A stretch of DNA of 64,000 nt from positions 8,372,001 to 8,436,000 of the forward strand of contig CM052817.1 of the NCBI GenBank assembly GCA_028534125.1, in the 5' to 3' direction. Positions 23,996-37,483 of this stretch are shown piece after piece. Every line of letters begins with the position of its first letter. The stretch's first letter is position 1. The translations under genes and the position numbers were made by a program. The DNA comes from Lama glama (taxonomy: Eukaryota). Under the pieces are notes generated by a model that searched no databases, had not been told where the DNA came from, and saw nothing but the letters and a program-made list of their open reading frames with translations.

Positions 23996-25659
23996 TAAGA
24001 TCAACCGGAATCATGCAAGATTGAAAGGGTCCTTAGAGATTTCTTCAAAACATCTCTAACGCTAATCGTTGATATAGACACTCGGAGGGGCTGAAATCAC
24101 ATGCAATAACTCCTACGAAACCCCAAGATACTCAGTCTAGTTTTGGACAGAAGACATTTGCTCAATAGACATAAGTATCAATTAGCTGTTGATTATTCCC
24201 TGCCATAATGGAATTACATCTTTAGGGTGAAGATTAACCGATTAATGCTCTAGAATTTTGGAGTTGTACGATGTGAGTTGTGGTTTCTACTTCCAGCAAT
24301 TCTTAGTTCAGTCACCGTGCACACGGCCCCTGGGGAGCCTTGATTTCCTGCGCTGTAAAGTGGTTGTCTTGTCTCCCTGACGGGATCCATGAGCTTCTAT
24401 GACACGTCAGCGTCTTGCACAGTGCCGTCTCACGGGCAGTCCAGGACCTCACTAGCCTGCACCTGAGTTGATAACTCACTGCAGTTTTCCCCAAGTGCTT
24501 CACTACTGAGGGAGAGCCCAAGAAGCCAGTCACCTGTTTCCAATCTGTTAGAAGTTTACAGGCAAAGGCAGTGGGTTGACTTGAAGCACAAAACATGATT
24601 AATGATTTGAAGTACTAATGAAAGGTTGGCCCTGCAAAAATGCCTTTCATATATATTTCCAAAAAGGTCTTTCTTACCTAAGACTTTGAATTTTAAATTA
24701 CTTTCCTAGGTCCACTTTTTATAGCCTAAACATATCTGTCGGCCACCTATTGCGTGAAAACATTTCGCCTGGTGGGAGAGGAAGGATGTTAACAATAATA
24801 AATGTATCATAAACTTGTACAGCAGATTTTTTTTTCAAAGTACTTTCGTGTACTGCATTGTTTCATTGGAAGAGCGGGGAAATGAGAGACCAAGGTTCGA
24901 ATCCAGGCTTTGTTAATGAAGTGATCTCAGATAAGCCATTGTCCCTCCTTGGGTACTGATTTCCCTATCTGATTTGGGACCTGGATCAGTTGATTTGAAC
25001 TCTGCTTTTCTATGATGCTTGATACTTTGTTTATTTAAAGTGGAAGGTGTAGTCCCTCACACATGGAAAGGCACATGCTTGGAGTTTGATAAAGATTTGA
25101 TGGACTGAAATAAATCACGGTGTCTGGCATCAGGCTGCTGGTGTTCAAATTCTGACTTAACTATTTACTACATAGCAAGTTGCTTGATCTGTTTCCCCAT
25201 CTATAAAATGCAGATGATAATAGCATCCATCTCACAGGGTCAGGCAAGGAGTAAATTTAAGTTAATAAATGTAAAATGGTAGAGCAGTGACTGACTTACA
25301 GTAGGCACTCAATAGATGTTAAATGCATCTGTCTGGTTAAGAAGTTTGGGACATACTCACACACAGCATGTACCTACCCATGGTTTCAATAAATCCAAAC
25401 CAGACACGAAGGTCTGAAGTAGAACTGAGCAGAGGACAGGACCAGATTCAGGAGTCAAAAAAGGAGGTCTCTGGAACACTAGACGAGGTTGCAACTTTCC
25501 CTGGAAGATGAGCATTTTCAAAGGGCAGAGGGTAGGTGAACAAGTGAAAAATAGCTCAAGATGTTGGAGCTTGGGGACCAGGCTTCAGGGAAGAATATTC
25601 TCCGCGCTACTCATTCTGATTATCCCAATGGTCAAATTTATTTTCATGAAACTGATTGT

Positions 25660-26430
25660 CCTTTTTTAAAAAAAGTTAGAGACAATTTTTTGGGAGCACT
25701 TTTAGGTTTACCACAAAACTGAGAGGAAGGTACAGAGATTTCCCATATACCCGCTGCCCTCACACGAGCATAGCTTCCCTGTTGTCAACATCACTCACCA
25801 GCTTGGTGCTTTTTTTTTTTTTTAACCAAGATGAACCTACATTGACACATCATAATAACCCAAAGTTCATAATCTACCTTATGGTTCATTCTTGGTGCCA
25901 CACATTCTATGGGTTTGGACAAATATATAATGACATAGCCATCATTATAATACCATGCATAACGTTTTCACTCTCCTAAAAGTGCGCTGTGCTCTGCTTA
26001 TTCATTTTCCCTTCTCTCCTTCCCCCCTTGCCTCCTGCAACCACTGATCTTTTATTTTCTCTATGGTTTTGCCTTTTCCAGAGTACCATATAGTTGGAAT
26101 CATAAATATGTACCTTTTTCAGTAATATACATTTAAGATTCACTTAGTGATGAGCATTTAAGATTCCTCTATGTCTTTTTTATGTTTTTATAGCTCATTT
26201 CTTTTTAGCACTGAATAATACTCCATAATAATATGAGTGTATCACAGTTTATTTATCCATTCACCTACTAAAGGACGTCTTGGTTGCTTCCAAGTTTTGG
26301 TAATTATGAATTAAGTTGCTATAAAGCTCTGTGTGCAAGTTTTTGTGTGAACATAAGTCTTCAGCTCTTTTGGATAAATGTCAAAGGGCGTGATTGCTGG
26401 ATCGTATGGTAAGAGTATGCTTAGTTTTGT
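25660..26430 (-). mobile_element. L1MC/MD-type 3' end
   Basis: 'gtacagagatttcccatatacc', 'gatgaacctacattgacacatcataat', 'tggttgcttccaagttttgg', 'gattgctggatcgtatggtaagagtatg'. Confidence 0.85.
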
Positions 26431-27016
26431 CTCCTTTCTTTTTAAAAGCATTTGAGTTTTCTTGTCCAGTAGCTTCCTTCTCCAGCATTTGGCAAATTTG
26501 TAGGGATCTTACTGTTACCCCAATGGACACTGGCCTTGCTATCCATCCACTATTCCCACCCTAAGAGAAGGGTCCACCATCTTCATCTATCAAGCCTCAA
26601 GTTCTGTGAATCTTAGACGTTCCAAAGTATTTCCATCCATCTGATTCGCTCTTTCTCAACTTTCAGGTCAAGGTCACTTTGTCTCTCACTGAGATTACCA
26701 TGCAGTCATCTCTTGCCAGTCTCTGCTTTTGGGATGGGAGCCCCTCCTGGCTGGCTTCAGAGCTTGTACTGTTAACATCTCTCTCCTGTGCAATAGGAAG
26801 GAGCAGAGAGCTCTTAATTAATCTGGTTTGTCCCAAATAATTTCTAGCTTCACCTATATACTCTTGGGGAAGTTATTTAACCTATATGGCTCCATTTCCT
26901 TATCTGTAGATTTTTGTGAAGATGCAATGCAATTACCTATGCTAAGTACATCACATAGTACCTGACTCATGGTCATTCTCAAAAATCAATACTCTCCCTA
27001 TTCCCCGTAATACAAT

Positions 27017-27055
27017 CACCTCCACCACCACTACCACCACCACCATCATCATCAC
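27017..27055. repeat. (CAC)n/(CAT)n imperfect trinucleotide repeat
   Basis: 'cacctccaccaccactaccaccaccaccatcatcatcac'. Confidence 0.85.
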
Positions 27056-28409
27056 AGAAGTGAGGATGGAGTGAAGGACGAGTTCTAGATGTCACTCATG
27101 CTGCAGTTCTTGGCGTCAGCCAGTCACCAGCACATCCATCTGTGCCTGTTGAATTATTAAGACCACGAGGCCCTTGAAACTGTAGCGCATAAGAGACGCC
27201 GAAGGAAATAATGTAGCCTAGTGAAAGGAGGTGGCATATATCCATACCTTTTCAAGTAGGTGGAAAAGGAACTACGAATATTAGTAAAAATAATGTCATG
27301 ACAGTAGTCGTGCAACAACTTTTACTGATACTGCTGTTACTCCTGTGAGTACAGGCACGGTGAAAAGTTAACAACCTTCAGCTTTCTTCTATAGCTGGAC
27401 AGCCAGTGGGAGGAGGTGGAAGGGCACACACCATGATGCACATCTATCTAGCTTCTTCCCAACAACCCTACACTCCTGTTTTAATGTCCCCCTTTCATGT
27501 CTGGAAATTCTGAGGCTTAAAGAGTTGAAGATGGCAGAGCTCAAGACTCTTCTAAGGCACAACGTTCCTTCTCTGGGTTTTGGTTCACCACGGGAAGCCC
27601 TTGTTAACAGTATCATATGTATGTCTAACAATGCCATGATTGCCTTAGGACACAGGGAGATCTCCACCACAGGAGCTCTTCGAGGTGAAGCTCATGTATT
27701 TGGAAGATTTAAGCATTTAAAGGGGGCTGGGATGAGATGATTGTTAAGGTTCTTCTGAAGCCGAAAGTGAGATGCTGCCCATGGCTGATAACCGTGGAAC
27801 ATTATGGTTTTGTTTTTATTCAGGACTGTATGAAAAGAGCTCTCCTCTGCCCACTGGAGGAAGCCTACGCCTTGAATAGGACCTCCAGTTTGTAAAAGTA
27901 TGTTTAAAAATGCACTTGTGTAGTTAGTTAGTAACCTTTATCTGTAAATCTCCTCAATGAAATTCTGCAGCTTTAATCGGCCATGAAACCCACAAAGGGG
28001 CATTTTCTTTAGCTAAAGTCAGCATTTCCAAGCTTCCTGTAAATAATCACTCACATGAAGCAGTTAATAGATTTCCTCATGCAGAACAGTCTTGGCCACC
28101 GATGGAAAAATTCGCTAAAAGATAGATTGGTTTCCTGTGGCCTTAGAACAACTGCTGGTTGGAATCTTTATGCTATCTGACACCCCTCGTTAACGTCAAG
28201 ACTGGAAGCACTGATCCCAGGGCTGAAGGAAGACAGACCCATGAGGGGTCCCGCTCTCTTGCCTTACCAAGCCTTGCCTCCACGCTGGGCACAGTTTTTG
28301 GGGCATTCCATGCATTGTAACTTACGATCCTCAGAGCAACCTTGCTTAGAATGGACTTTATGGATGTCATTTTACAGACGCAGGAGCTGGGGCTCAAACA
28401 GGCTAGATC

Positions 28410-28575
28410 TGAGCTGTGGCTATTTACATTAAAATTAAATAAACTTCAAAATTCAGTTTCCCAGTCTCTCCAGCCACATTTCAAGCGCTCATCAGTCACA
28501 AATGGCTGGTGGCTACCATACTGGACAGTGCATATTAGAATATTCCCATTATCCAGGAAGTTCTTTTGGGTAGTG
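28410..28575. mobile_element. MER3-like hAT-Charlie MITE
   Basis: 'aaaattcagtttcccagtc...gccacatttcaagcgctca...gtggctaccatactggacagtgca'. Confidence 0.75.
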
Positions 28576-28914
28576 GTGGCCTGGAAGGTTGGTTAAATGG
28601 TAGAGCTGGGGTTAGAAAACCAGACCTTTGTGTTCTTTGTACAGTGCTGGACTTCAGAGAAAGTAGTGTGTGGTCTATATAGCTCCTTAAGTTGGATGAA
28701 TGAAGTCAGCAGGAGCATCACAGGAGATATGTGAGGGTTGTGGGATGGCGGAGAGTGAGCACTTAAAATAGGCTTCTTGGATATCACCAGATGTTGCCCA
28801 AGTTCACACAGTTAAACAGTGTCAGGGCTCAGACTTGACTCTAACTCTGTAGATAGCCCTTCCCTTCAAAAACCTGCTCTACTTCTCTGTGTGACTTAAA
28901 AACCCAGTGTATGT

Positions 28915-29720
28915 CTTTTAAAAAATATTTTTTATTGAGTTATAGTCAGTTTAGGATGTTGTGTCAATTTCCAGTGCAGAGCACAAGTTTTCAATTATAC
29001 ATGAACAGACATATATTCATTGTCACGTTCTTTTTCACTGTGAGCTACTACAGATCTTGTATATATTTCCTTGTGCTATGCAATATAATCTTGTTTATCT
29101 ATTCTACATATGCCTATCAATATCTACAAATTTTGAACTCTCAGCAGTCTGTCCCTTCCCATCCCTCTCCCCTTGGCAACCACAAGTTTTTATTCTATGT
29201 CTATGAGTCTGTTCTGTTTTATATTTATTTATTTATTTATTTAAGATTCCACATATGAGCAAGCTCATATGGTAATTTTCTTTCTCTTTCTGGATTACTT
29301 CACTTAGAATGACATTCTCTAGGGACATTCATGTTGCTGCAAATGGTGTTATGTTGTCATTTTTATGGCTGAATAGTATTCCATTGTATAAATATACCAA
29401 ATCTTCTTTATCCAGTCATCTGTTGATGGACATTTAAGCTGTTTCCATGTCTTGGCTATTGTAAATAGTGCTGCTATGAACATTGGGGTACAGGTGTCTT
29501 TTTGAAGTAGGGTTCCTTCTGGATATATGCCCAGGAGTGGGATGACTGGGTCATATGTTTAAGTCTATTCCTAGTCTTTTGAGGAATCTCCACACTGTTT
29601 TCCATAGTGGCTGCACCAAACTGCATTCCCACCAGCAGTGTAGGAGGTTCCCTTTTCTCCACAGCCTCTCCAGCATTTGTCATTTGTGGACTTTTGAATG
29701 ATGGCCATTCTGACTAGTGT
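28915..29720 (-). mobile_element. 5'-truncated lineage-specific L1
   Basis: 'ttttattgagttatagtcag...ggccattctgactagtgt'; flanking near-repeat agtgtat(g/t)tc. Confidence 0.9.
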
Positions 29721-31526
29721 ATTTCAAAATCATCTCAGCCCAGTCATTACAGATAGCTTACCCCCTGACTGATGGATTTTAGGCTACATCCTGGATGCTG
29801 TGAACTGATAGGTGACCATGTAAAGCCCCAGCAGGGACACTTCCTGGGGTCAGTTCACAGAGCTTCTTTTCTACTCAACACCTCCTCCTGTGGCGGCAGC
29901 TCATGGTTCTGCTGGAATCTTCCTCATAACACTTCCGAAGTTCACAGCCGTCTCCAAACTGCATAAGAAAAGCAGACGGAATATTTAGTGCAGTTGCTGG
30001 AGCCATAAAAGAAAAAAATTAACCAAGCTTATTAGGCTCCCTGTTTCTTCTCTCCCATAAAGGGAGCAATTGGCAATAAATGCCATTCTGCTTTTTAATA
30101 GATGAATGGCCCAGTTGTGATAAATCCACTAGCATTTTCAGGGGGAAATATATTTTACTCCTGACAGTTTTAGTAGTGGGATCATATTTTTTAAAGGAGT
30201 GGTGAGGGCACTTTAGTGATGGTTAAACTTTTCAAACCAATACAGAGGCTGGGCCATGAGAGATTCAGCATCCCTGGGGTTGGATTCCAAAGTCAGGGAG
30301 AGGTCCATTTGTTCCTGGTTCTTTCCCTGTCTTGCCAGCTTGCTGGCAGACCCTCCATTTTTCATCACCTCTATGTTTTTATTTGATTTACATTTCTTTC
30401 TGGAATTAGGGAGTTTACGTATGTTTCCTTTGTTTTTTAGGTAAGGGAAGTAAGGCTCAGAGAGAGCAACTGATTTACATGAAGTCATATACCCAGTGAG
30501 TCAGGAATCCAAGATTTGGACTCTAATATTTTGTCTTCCTATTCTTTTAATTCAATTTATTTTTTGTCCAGTGGAGGATGAAGAACATGCTTGGAACTTA
30601 GGAAATCTGGGTTCCAGCCATGGTTTTGCAACCAACCAGTGAAATGACCCTGGTAAAATCATCTCCTTTATCTGTTACTTCTTTTCCCATACCTACATAG
30701 TGAGTTTTAACTTGCCTGGGACTGAAGAGTTTTCTGTAATGTGGGACTTTTGGTTCTGAAACCCAGAAAATCCCAAGCACAGTGGGATGAGTTGGCCACC
30801 CCAGTTCGGGTGCTGATCCATTTTTATCCTCTGCAATCTCTCCTTAGGCAATCTCATGTATTCCACTGACTTCAAACACCAGCAAGCTCTTAGTCACCCA
30901 TTCTGTGATCTTTCCAACCTCTTCAGTCCATCTGCTGATGGACGTACTCACTGGGATGTACCACGGTTCTCTCTCCCTTGGCATGTCCCAGGCTGCTCTC
31001 ATCCCACCCCTCTGCCATCCATCCCCATACCCACCTCCCCAACTGCATTTTCTGCTGTTGTCAGAGCCACTGCTATCAGCCTCATTACCCAAATAGCATC
31101 TAGGGAGTGGTCTGCTGAGTCTCTACTCCTTCCCCCCCATCCTAGTGGTCTGCAGGTATTACCAGTGTCCTTCTAAATTTCCTGAGTCTGTCCATTTATT
31201 GTACCTCAGTAACACCTGCTCTAGGTCAGACCCTCATCATCTCTTACCTGCGCTGTCACACCAAGTCCTTGAGTTTCTGGTATTGTTCCCTCTCCCTTTA
31301 GTTCCACCCTGCACCCTATTTGATCAAGTAACTCCAGGTTTCTTTAAGAGCCTATTTTTGGATATGTAGCTCCAAGCCTGGTTCTCCAGTGCTCTCAAAA
31401 ATTCTGTTAGTTGTCAATATCCTTTCATACATTCGTTTTCTGTCTAAAGCAGTCAGTGTCTGTTCCTGTTGCTGGCATCTAGGAATTCTGACGAATACAT
31501 CATGCAGTGATGAGCGGTAAGGTCAT

Positions 31527-31556
31527 CTCAAAGACAGCTCAAAGACAGCTCAAAGA
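31527..31556. repeat. 11-bp tandem repeat (CTCAAAGACAG) x2.7
   Basis: Directly visible. Confidence 0.9.
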
Positions 31557-33612
31557 AGGATAAAGCGTGATGTAGGAGACTAAGGCGGGAGTTTGTCATC
31601 TAAATGAACATCTTGAAACTGGGATGCGATATTTACTCGGCATAGCATTTTCTCCAAAATGTTAAGAGAACTTTGTTGAGTTGAGAAGAGCTCTTTAAGC
31701 ATTTTTAGGCACACCCAGCTGGAGTGGTGCTGAGTCATCAGACTGGGGTTCTAATCTAGGTGAGCCACTTACCTGAGCTTTGCCCTGGATAGGTTGATAC
31801 TTCACGTTTGTTCAATCGACAGCTCTTTGGCAAATCAACCAACCTCTCTATCCTTAGTGTCCCAATCTGCACACGAGAAACCGGTATGTGTTAAGAATCT
31901 ACTCTTTGTAGTGTGAAGGAAGACTTTCCATACAAAATCAGGCCACAGTCATTTCTACCTTCTGGAGTTTGGGGCAAGTGGCAGAATTCGTGCTTTTCTT
32001 TATTATTATTCAGTGAGTCCTTTGTCTGTAAAAGATAAGACCCCTGAGCCTACTTTAGAATGGAGAGTGGAGAGATGGTCAAGGGATCTAAAACTGTCCT
32101 GTATAGTGCAGTAATAGGGTTTTCAGATCCTTCTTTGGGATCTTAGAGACTTGGAGGGTGGGAGTCAGTGAACAGGATGGTGGTTGTCTCCTGGTTACTG
32201 GGTAGTAGGGGCAGGTGATGGGAGAGATGATTTGTTCGGAGAATGCAGGTCCCAGTAATGGGGCAGGAGGTGTATACCCAGGAAAGAGATGGCCTGCGAG
32301 GGCTTGACTGATGAACTTTAGAAGCAGTGATGACTGAGAGAAAATTTCTTTCCTGTCTCATGCTGTAATTCCTGAAGCTTTCAGGAAAATCTGTTTCACA
32401 GAGCAGCACTGTGCTTGAGTGCTTTGGGACATTGAGAGGAGAAGATTCTGTCCACGCTGGGAGTGAAGACATATAGAGAGAGAACAGTAGTCGGCCAGCA
32501 GGAGCAGACATGGGATGGCCACAAGGCTGGAGGCACTTGGAGTGGGAGGTGAGAGGCCACAACCAGGAGGCCACACACATCAGGAATTCCCCAGTCCAGT
32601 AGTCCAGTCCACAGACGTGTTCAGGAGGGGCTGTGTTTCCTCCAGAAACATGTGGGCTGGGGATGTGAGTCACTTCATCCAAATATTAAAGGAAACTGTG
32701 AGTCTGGAAGGAGAGACGTGACATTGTGCCAGGTCGTTCACTGACTTACAAAGGATTTATTGAATGTCCGCTATTTCAGACTTCTACCTGCCTGCTTTCT
32801 CTGACACCACAGGTGCCCATATGCTGTATATTCCCATCTTGTTGTGTAGATTCACTTCATTTTTGCATCTTCTACTTTTTTCACCATTTGGAAGGGCCCT
32901 CTTCTTCCAGTACGTTACTTGACAGGGTCCCAGCCTAGCAGGTGAAGATTAATACTACAATAACTCCTGACAGATGAGGAAACTGAGCTTTGTGAAACGG
33001 GGTGATAGTCCTGGTCTTGCCCCTTCACGGATTCACGGATTAGTGGGCAGCTTGCATATGACGATGCACAAGGAGGCACTCAGTCACTGCAAGGCCCTGG
33101 GAAAATGCAAAGGCTTACTGTCACTTTTTATTTTCTGGATGAGCAGCCAGAGCAGAGGGAATGGTGAAGGACTGGTGACCTCCCCTTGGGCCAGACGGCT
33201 GCAGTGTCAGGACCACAGAACCCGTGGCACTGGTGCTGCTCCCACGCCGCAGCTGGCTCCAGTCGTACCAAGTGCTTTCCAGCCACTCTTATTAAGGGGG
33301 CTTTGGCTGGTGTGGCTCCCACTTGCAGCTGAACCACTTCAGGCTTTGAAAAGTTAGTGTTTCTCCATCTTGCACCTTCTACCTATTATGGGTTGAATTA
33401 TGTCCCCTCTAAAAGGATGTGTTGAAGCCCTAACTCCCAATATCTGTAACTGTGACCTTATTTGGAAATAGGGTCTTTGCAGATGTAATCATGTTAAGAT
33501 AAGGTCAGACACAGGCATAGAAAACAAATGTACAGTTTCTAGGGGAAAAAGAAGATACATGGGATAAATTGGGAGTTTGGGATTTGCCGATATTAACTGT
33601 TATATATAAAAT

Positions 33613-34475
33613 GCTCAGTATCACTAATTATCAGAGAAATGCAAATCAAAACTACAATGAGGTATCACCTCACACCAGTCAGAATGCCTATCATTAAAAA
33701 ATTCATAAATAATAAATGCTGGAGAGGGTGTGGAGAGAAGGAAACCCTCCTACAGTTTTGGTAGGAAAGTAGTTTGGTGCAGCCATTAAGAAAAACAGTA
33801 TGGAAATTCCTCAAAAAACTAAAAATAGGCTTACCATATGATCCAGTAATCCCACTCCTGGGCATATACCTGAAGGAAACTCTAATTCGAAAAGATACAT
33901 GCACACTAATGTCCATAGCAGTGCTATTTACAACAGCCAAGGCATGGAAGCAACCTAAATGTCCATTGACAGATGACTGGATAAAGAAGTTGTGGTATAT
34001 TTATACAACAGAATATTACTCAGCCATAAAAAAGAATAAAATAATGCCGTTTGCAGTGACATGGATGGAACTGGGTATCATCATTTTAAGTGAAGTAAGC
34101 CATAAAGAGAAAGAAAAATACCGTATGATATCACTCATATGTGGAATCTAAAAAAAAAAAAAGACAAAAATGAACTTATTCCCAAAACAGAAACAGACAC
34201 AGACACAGAAGACAAACTTATGGTTACCAGGATGGAAAGGGAGTAGGAAGGGATACATTGGGAGCTGAAGATTTGCAGATACTAACTACTATATATAAAA
34301 TAGATAAACAACAAGGACATGTTGCACAGCAGGGAACTATATTCAATATCTTGTAGAAACCTATGATGAAAAAGAATACGAAAAGGAATATATGCATGAC
34401 TGAAACATTATGCTGTACCCTGGAAATTGACACAACATTGTAAGCTGACTATACTCGAATAAAAAATAATAAAAA
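33613..34475 (+). mobile_element. 5'-truncated L1 (inner), ORF2 C-terminus plus 3'UTR
   Basis: ORF 33774-34151 ...WKQPKCP...[15 protein letters not shown] is the L1 ORF2 C-terminus; AATAAA and A-rich tail at ~34458-34475. Confidence 0.92.
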
Positions 34476-34553
34476 TTAAGGTCCTACTATATAGCACAGG
34501 GACTATATTCAATATCTTGTGGTGACCTATAATGAAACAGAATATGAAAAAGA

Positions 34554-34558
<5 letters not shown>

Positions 34559-34590
<32 letters not shown>
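34559..34590. repeat. (CA)16 microsatellite
   Basis: Directly visible, inside the L1 3'UTR. Confidence 0.95.
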
Positions 34591-34595
<5 letters not shown>

Positions 34596-35454
34596 TATGC
34601 TGTATACCAGAAACTAACACAGCAAGGTAAATCAACCATACTTCAATAAAAAAGTCATGGTCATTAGGGTGGGCCCTAATCCAATATAACTGGTGTCTTT
34701 ATAAGAATAAGAGATAGAGACACACAGGGAGAAGACATGTGACAGCAGTGGCAGAGACTGGAGTGATGGCAGCTGCAAGCCAAGGACCACCAGCCACCTC
34801 CAGAAGATGGAAGAGGCAAGAAAAGATGCCACCAGAGTCCCCCAGGAAACATGGGCTTGCTGACATCTTGGTTTTTGGACTTCTGCCCTCCAGCACTATG
34901 GGACAATTCATTTCTGTTGCTCTAAGTCACCCATGTTGTGGCACTTTGTTACAGCAGCCACAAGAAACTAATATATTAACCTAAGTCACATTCGGGCTGG
35001 CAAAGGTCAGCTCCTGAGCTGCTCATCCGTGCTCTGCAATGATCATTTACTCCCATTCATTCACTCACTCATTCATGTGCATGGCTGTGGTGAGCATTTA
35101 TGAGAAATATAAACCCAAGCTGTGTCCTCAGTTTGGGGAAACAAGAAATTCACATCAAGAGATGGATTAAATGACATGAGATAGTGAAGGGATTGTGCCT
35201 CTGGGCCCATCCTTTGCCCTTGAGGCACAGGGTCAGAGCGTGTTATTGTGAAAACCCCCAAGAGGGGTAGTGGATGTACAGGGGCACAAACCAGACTGGT
35301 GGAGCTGGAATCATAGCTTCTCCAGCCCCCAAGCACTGTCTGTCTAGAACAGCCTTCTTTCTGTCTCACTGAGTTCTCAGTCACATTTTCCTATTGCTTT
35401 TCTTTAAGGCCCTTAGCAGCTCCTGAAATTATTTTACATATTTAATACTGTTTA

Positions 35455-35667
35455 GGGCTGGCTTTCTCGATCTTGGCACTGTTGACATTTTGGGCCTAAT
35501 CGCTCTTCGTTAGGGGGCTGTCCTGTGAGTTGTAGGATGTTTAGCAGAATCCCTGGACTCCACCCACCAGAGGCCAGTAGCATCCTCCCAGTATGACAAT
35601 GAGTATGTTTCCAGACACTGACAAATGTTCCCTGGGGAAAAAAGTCGCCTCTAGTTGACAAGCTCTG
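35455..35667 (-). mobile_element. MER20 hAT MITE
   Basis: 'ttggcactgttgacattttggg...gggggctgtcctgtg...ttgtaggatgtttagcag...tccagacactgacaaatgt'. Confidence 0.85.
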
Positions 35668-36764
35668 TCTCTTAAAGCAGGAACATGGTCTTTCTTATTT
35701 TCTATTGTTTCTGCAACCCCTCCCTAGAACAGTGTACTTACATAGTGGGTGCTTTGTAAACTCAGGTTGACAAGCTGGCTGGAGAGTGGCTACAGGAGTC
35801 GGCATGTGATTGGAAACTTGTAGCATCAGTAAGCTTTATCTTGTCCAGGGGCAGACAGCCAGTGGGCATTCCCGGGAGAGTGAGTGGCCCTGGAAAAGAG
35901 GAGGAGGTGGGGTGGGGCATGGGATGTTGGTGTAATACTGGAGGTGAGGCTGGGGGATAGAATGAGCAGCTAAGAGGCACTGTAGGGGCACATGGACGAA
36001 ATCGTGAGGGCCTGGGCTCAGGCAGTGGCAAAGGATCAAGTTCCACTCGAAGATGCCTGATGAGTAAGAAAAGCATACTCTGAAGTCATTAATATACCTG
36101 ATTACTCCCCAGATTTGTGCTCCTTGCTGATGGATTAGTGGTTCATGAAAAGCTCTTACCCTTCTAGCTCATATTTCTCTATTTTTATTTTTACTCAGCA
36201 TCTATCACTTCTGATCATTTTTACATTAATTGTACGTAACACTGCTTTGCTTTAAACACATTATTTTAAAACATTCTGTTTTACAGATCACTTCACAGCT
36301 TGATACTCTGTAGACAGTGGTCATAAATCTCTCTGGAAAGAAAATGGAAGTTGTCTGTTTTAATTTCAAATCAATTCCAGACTGCCTGGGAAGAGGGATG
36401 GGAGAGACCCATAAAAAACTTTTCCCTGCACTTGCAGTTAGTGGTCCATGTTTTACCGGTGGGTGGCTGTTTTTAAGCAGAACAGATTACTTTCAAAATG
36501 TATCTGTTTGAGGTTAAGATCTGAAGCCACGTTTTGAGCTGAGGTGCAAGACTGTGAATAGAAACAGCCATCTAACTTTGGCATGTGGACAAAACGTGGA
36601 AGCAAAGAGAGTGAAGACGCAGCACAGGTTCTGGGCTGCTGAGATCTTGCTTGGATTCTGGCTGCTCTTCTCCCCAGTGCTGTGATCCTGGGAAGGTTAC
36701 ATCAGTCTCTGTCAGTGTCCATCTCTTCATCTACACAGTGGTGGAGAGGGGAGAACCAATCCCT

Positions 36765-37215
36765 CCAAATTTAGTGCTATAAAAGATCAACGATAACCAG
36801 TTATTTTGCCCAATCAGTTATGTTTTCCTTTTGCGTCAGGCTCAGTAGGGATGACCCGTTTCTGCTTCTCATGGCTGCAGTGTGCTGACCAGACAGGAGC
36901 TGGAGGGTGCATTGCCAAGGTGGCTGCTCACCTGGCTGGTCCGTTGGCACTGGCTGTTGGTCAGGAGCTAAGGCAACTAAGTCTGACAACGAGAGTGCCT
37001 GTGTGTGGCCTCCTCAGAAGAGCTGGCCCACTTACATGGTCTGACTTCCTCCAGGAGTTGCGCGAGAGAATCAGTGAGGGCTGTGTGGCTTTTTTTTTAA
37101 TGACTTAACCTAAGGAATCAAATAGTGTCACTTCTGACATATTCTATTGTTTGAAGCAGTTACAAGCCTTTCAAGGTTGAAGCCAACCTTAAGGTGGGGA
37201 CATAGACACCATCTC
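36765..37215 (-). mobile_element. MLT1 (G/H-like) MaLR LTR fragment
   Basis: 'caaggtggctgctcacctggctgg...ctggctgttgg', 'gtgtcacttctgacatattctattg'. Confidence 0.6.
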
Positions 37216-37483
37216 TTTTTAAAATTTCATTTCTCTATTGAAGTACAGTTGATTTACAATGTTGCATTAGTTGCGAGTGTACAGCAAAGTGAGTCAGTTG
37301 TGCATACATATATCTCTATCTGTTATCTATTATTTTTCAGATCCTTTTCCACTATAGGCTATTACAAGGTATTGAATAGAGTTCCCCATGCTCTACAATT
37401 GGCCCTTGTTTATCTATTTTATATATAGTGGTGTGTATTTGTTAATCCCAAACTCCTAATTTATCCCTCTCCTCTCTTTTCCC
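37216..37483 (-). mobile_element. L1 3'UTR terminal fragment
   Basis: 'tattgaagtacagttgatttacaatgttg...gttaatcccaaactcctaatttatccct'. Confidence 0.85.

Larger units (their letters stand above)
33508..34651 (+). mobile_element. L1 3'UTR fragment (outer), split by a second L1
   Basis: 33508-33612 and 34478-34651 are consecutive parts of an L1 3'UTR; degraded TSD aagataaggtca / aagtcatggtca. Confidence 0.75.
33384..34975 (+). mobile_element. MLT1C/B-like MaLR LTR split by nested L1 insertions
   Basis: 5' part 33384-33507 'tattatgggttgaattatgtcccc...gttaagataaggtca'; resumes near 34660 'gtcattagggtgggccctaatcca' and ends 'gaaactaatata'. Confidence 0.85.

Noticed and set aside
31527..31556. Short direct repeats (CRISPR-like?)
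   Set aside because: Contiguous 11-bp tandem units without spacers in mammalian DNA; ordinary slippage.
32143..32682. 179-aa minus-strand ORF
   Set aside because: No homology recognised; Ser/Pro/Leu/Cys-rich composition typical of translated non-coding DNA.
33774..34151. 125-aa ORF with a protein-like sequence
   Set aside because: It is the C-terminal remnant of L1 ORF2 in a 5'-truncated copy, not a host gene. The same applies to the ORFs at 11946, 29474 and 37522.
35560..35580. CTCF-like motif CCACCAGAGGCCAG in MER20
   Set aside because: Mismatch at a core G position; binding cannot be supported from sequence alone.
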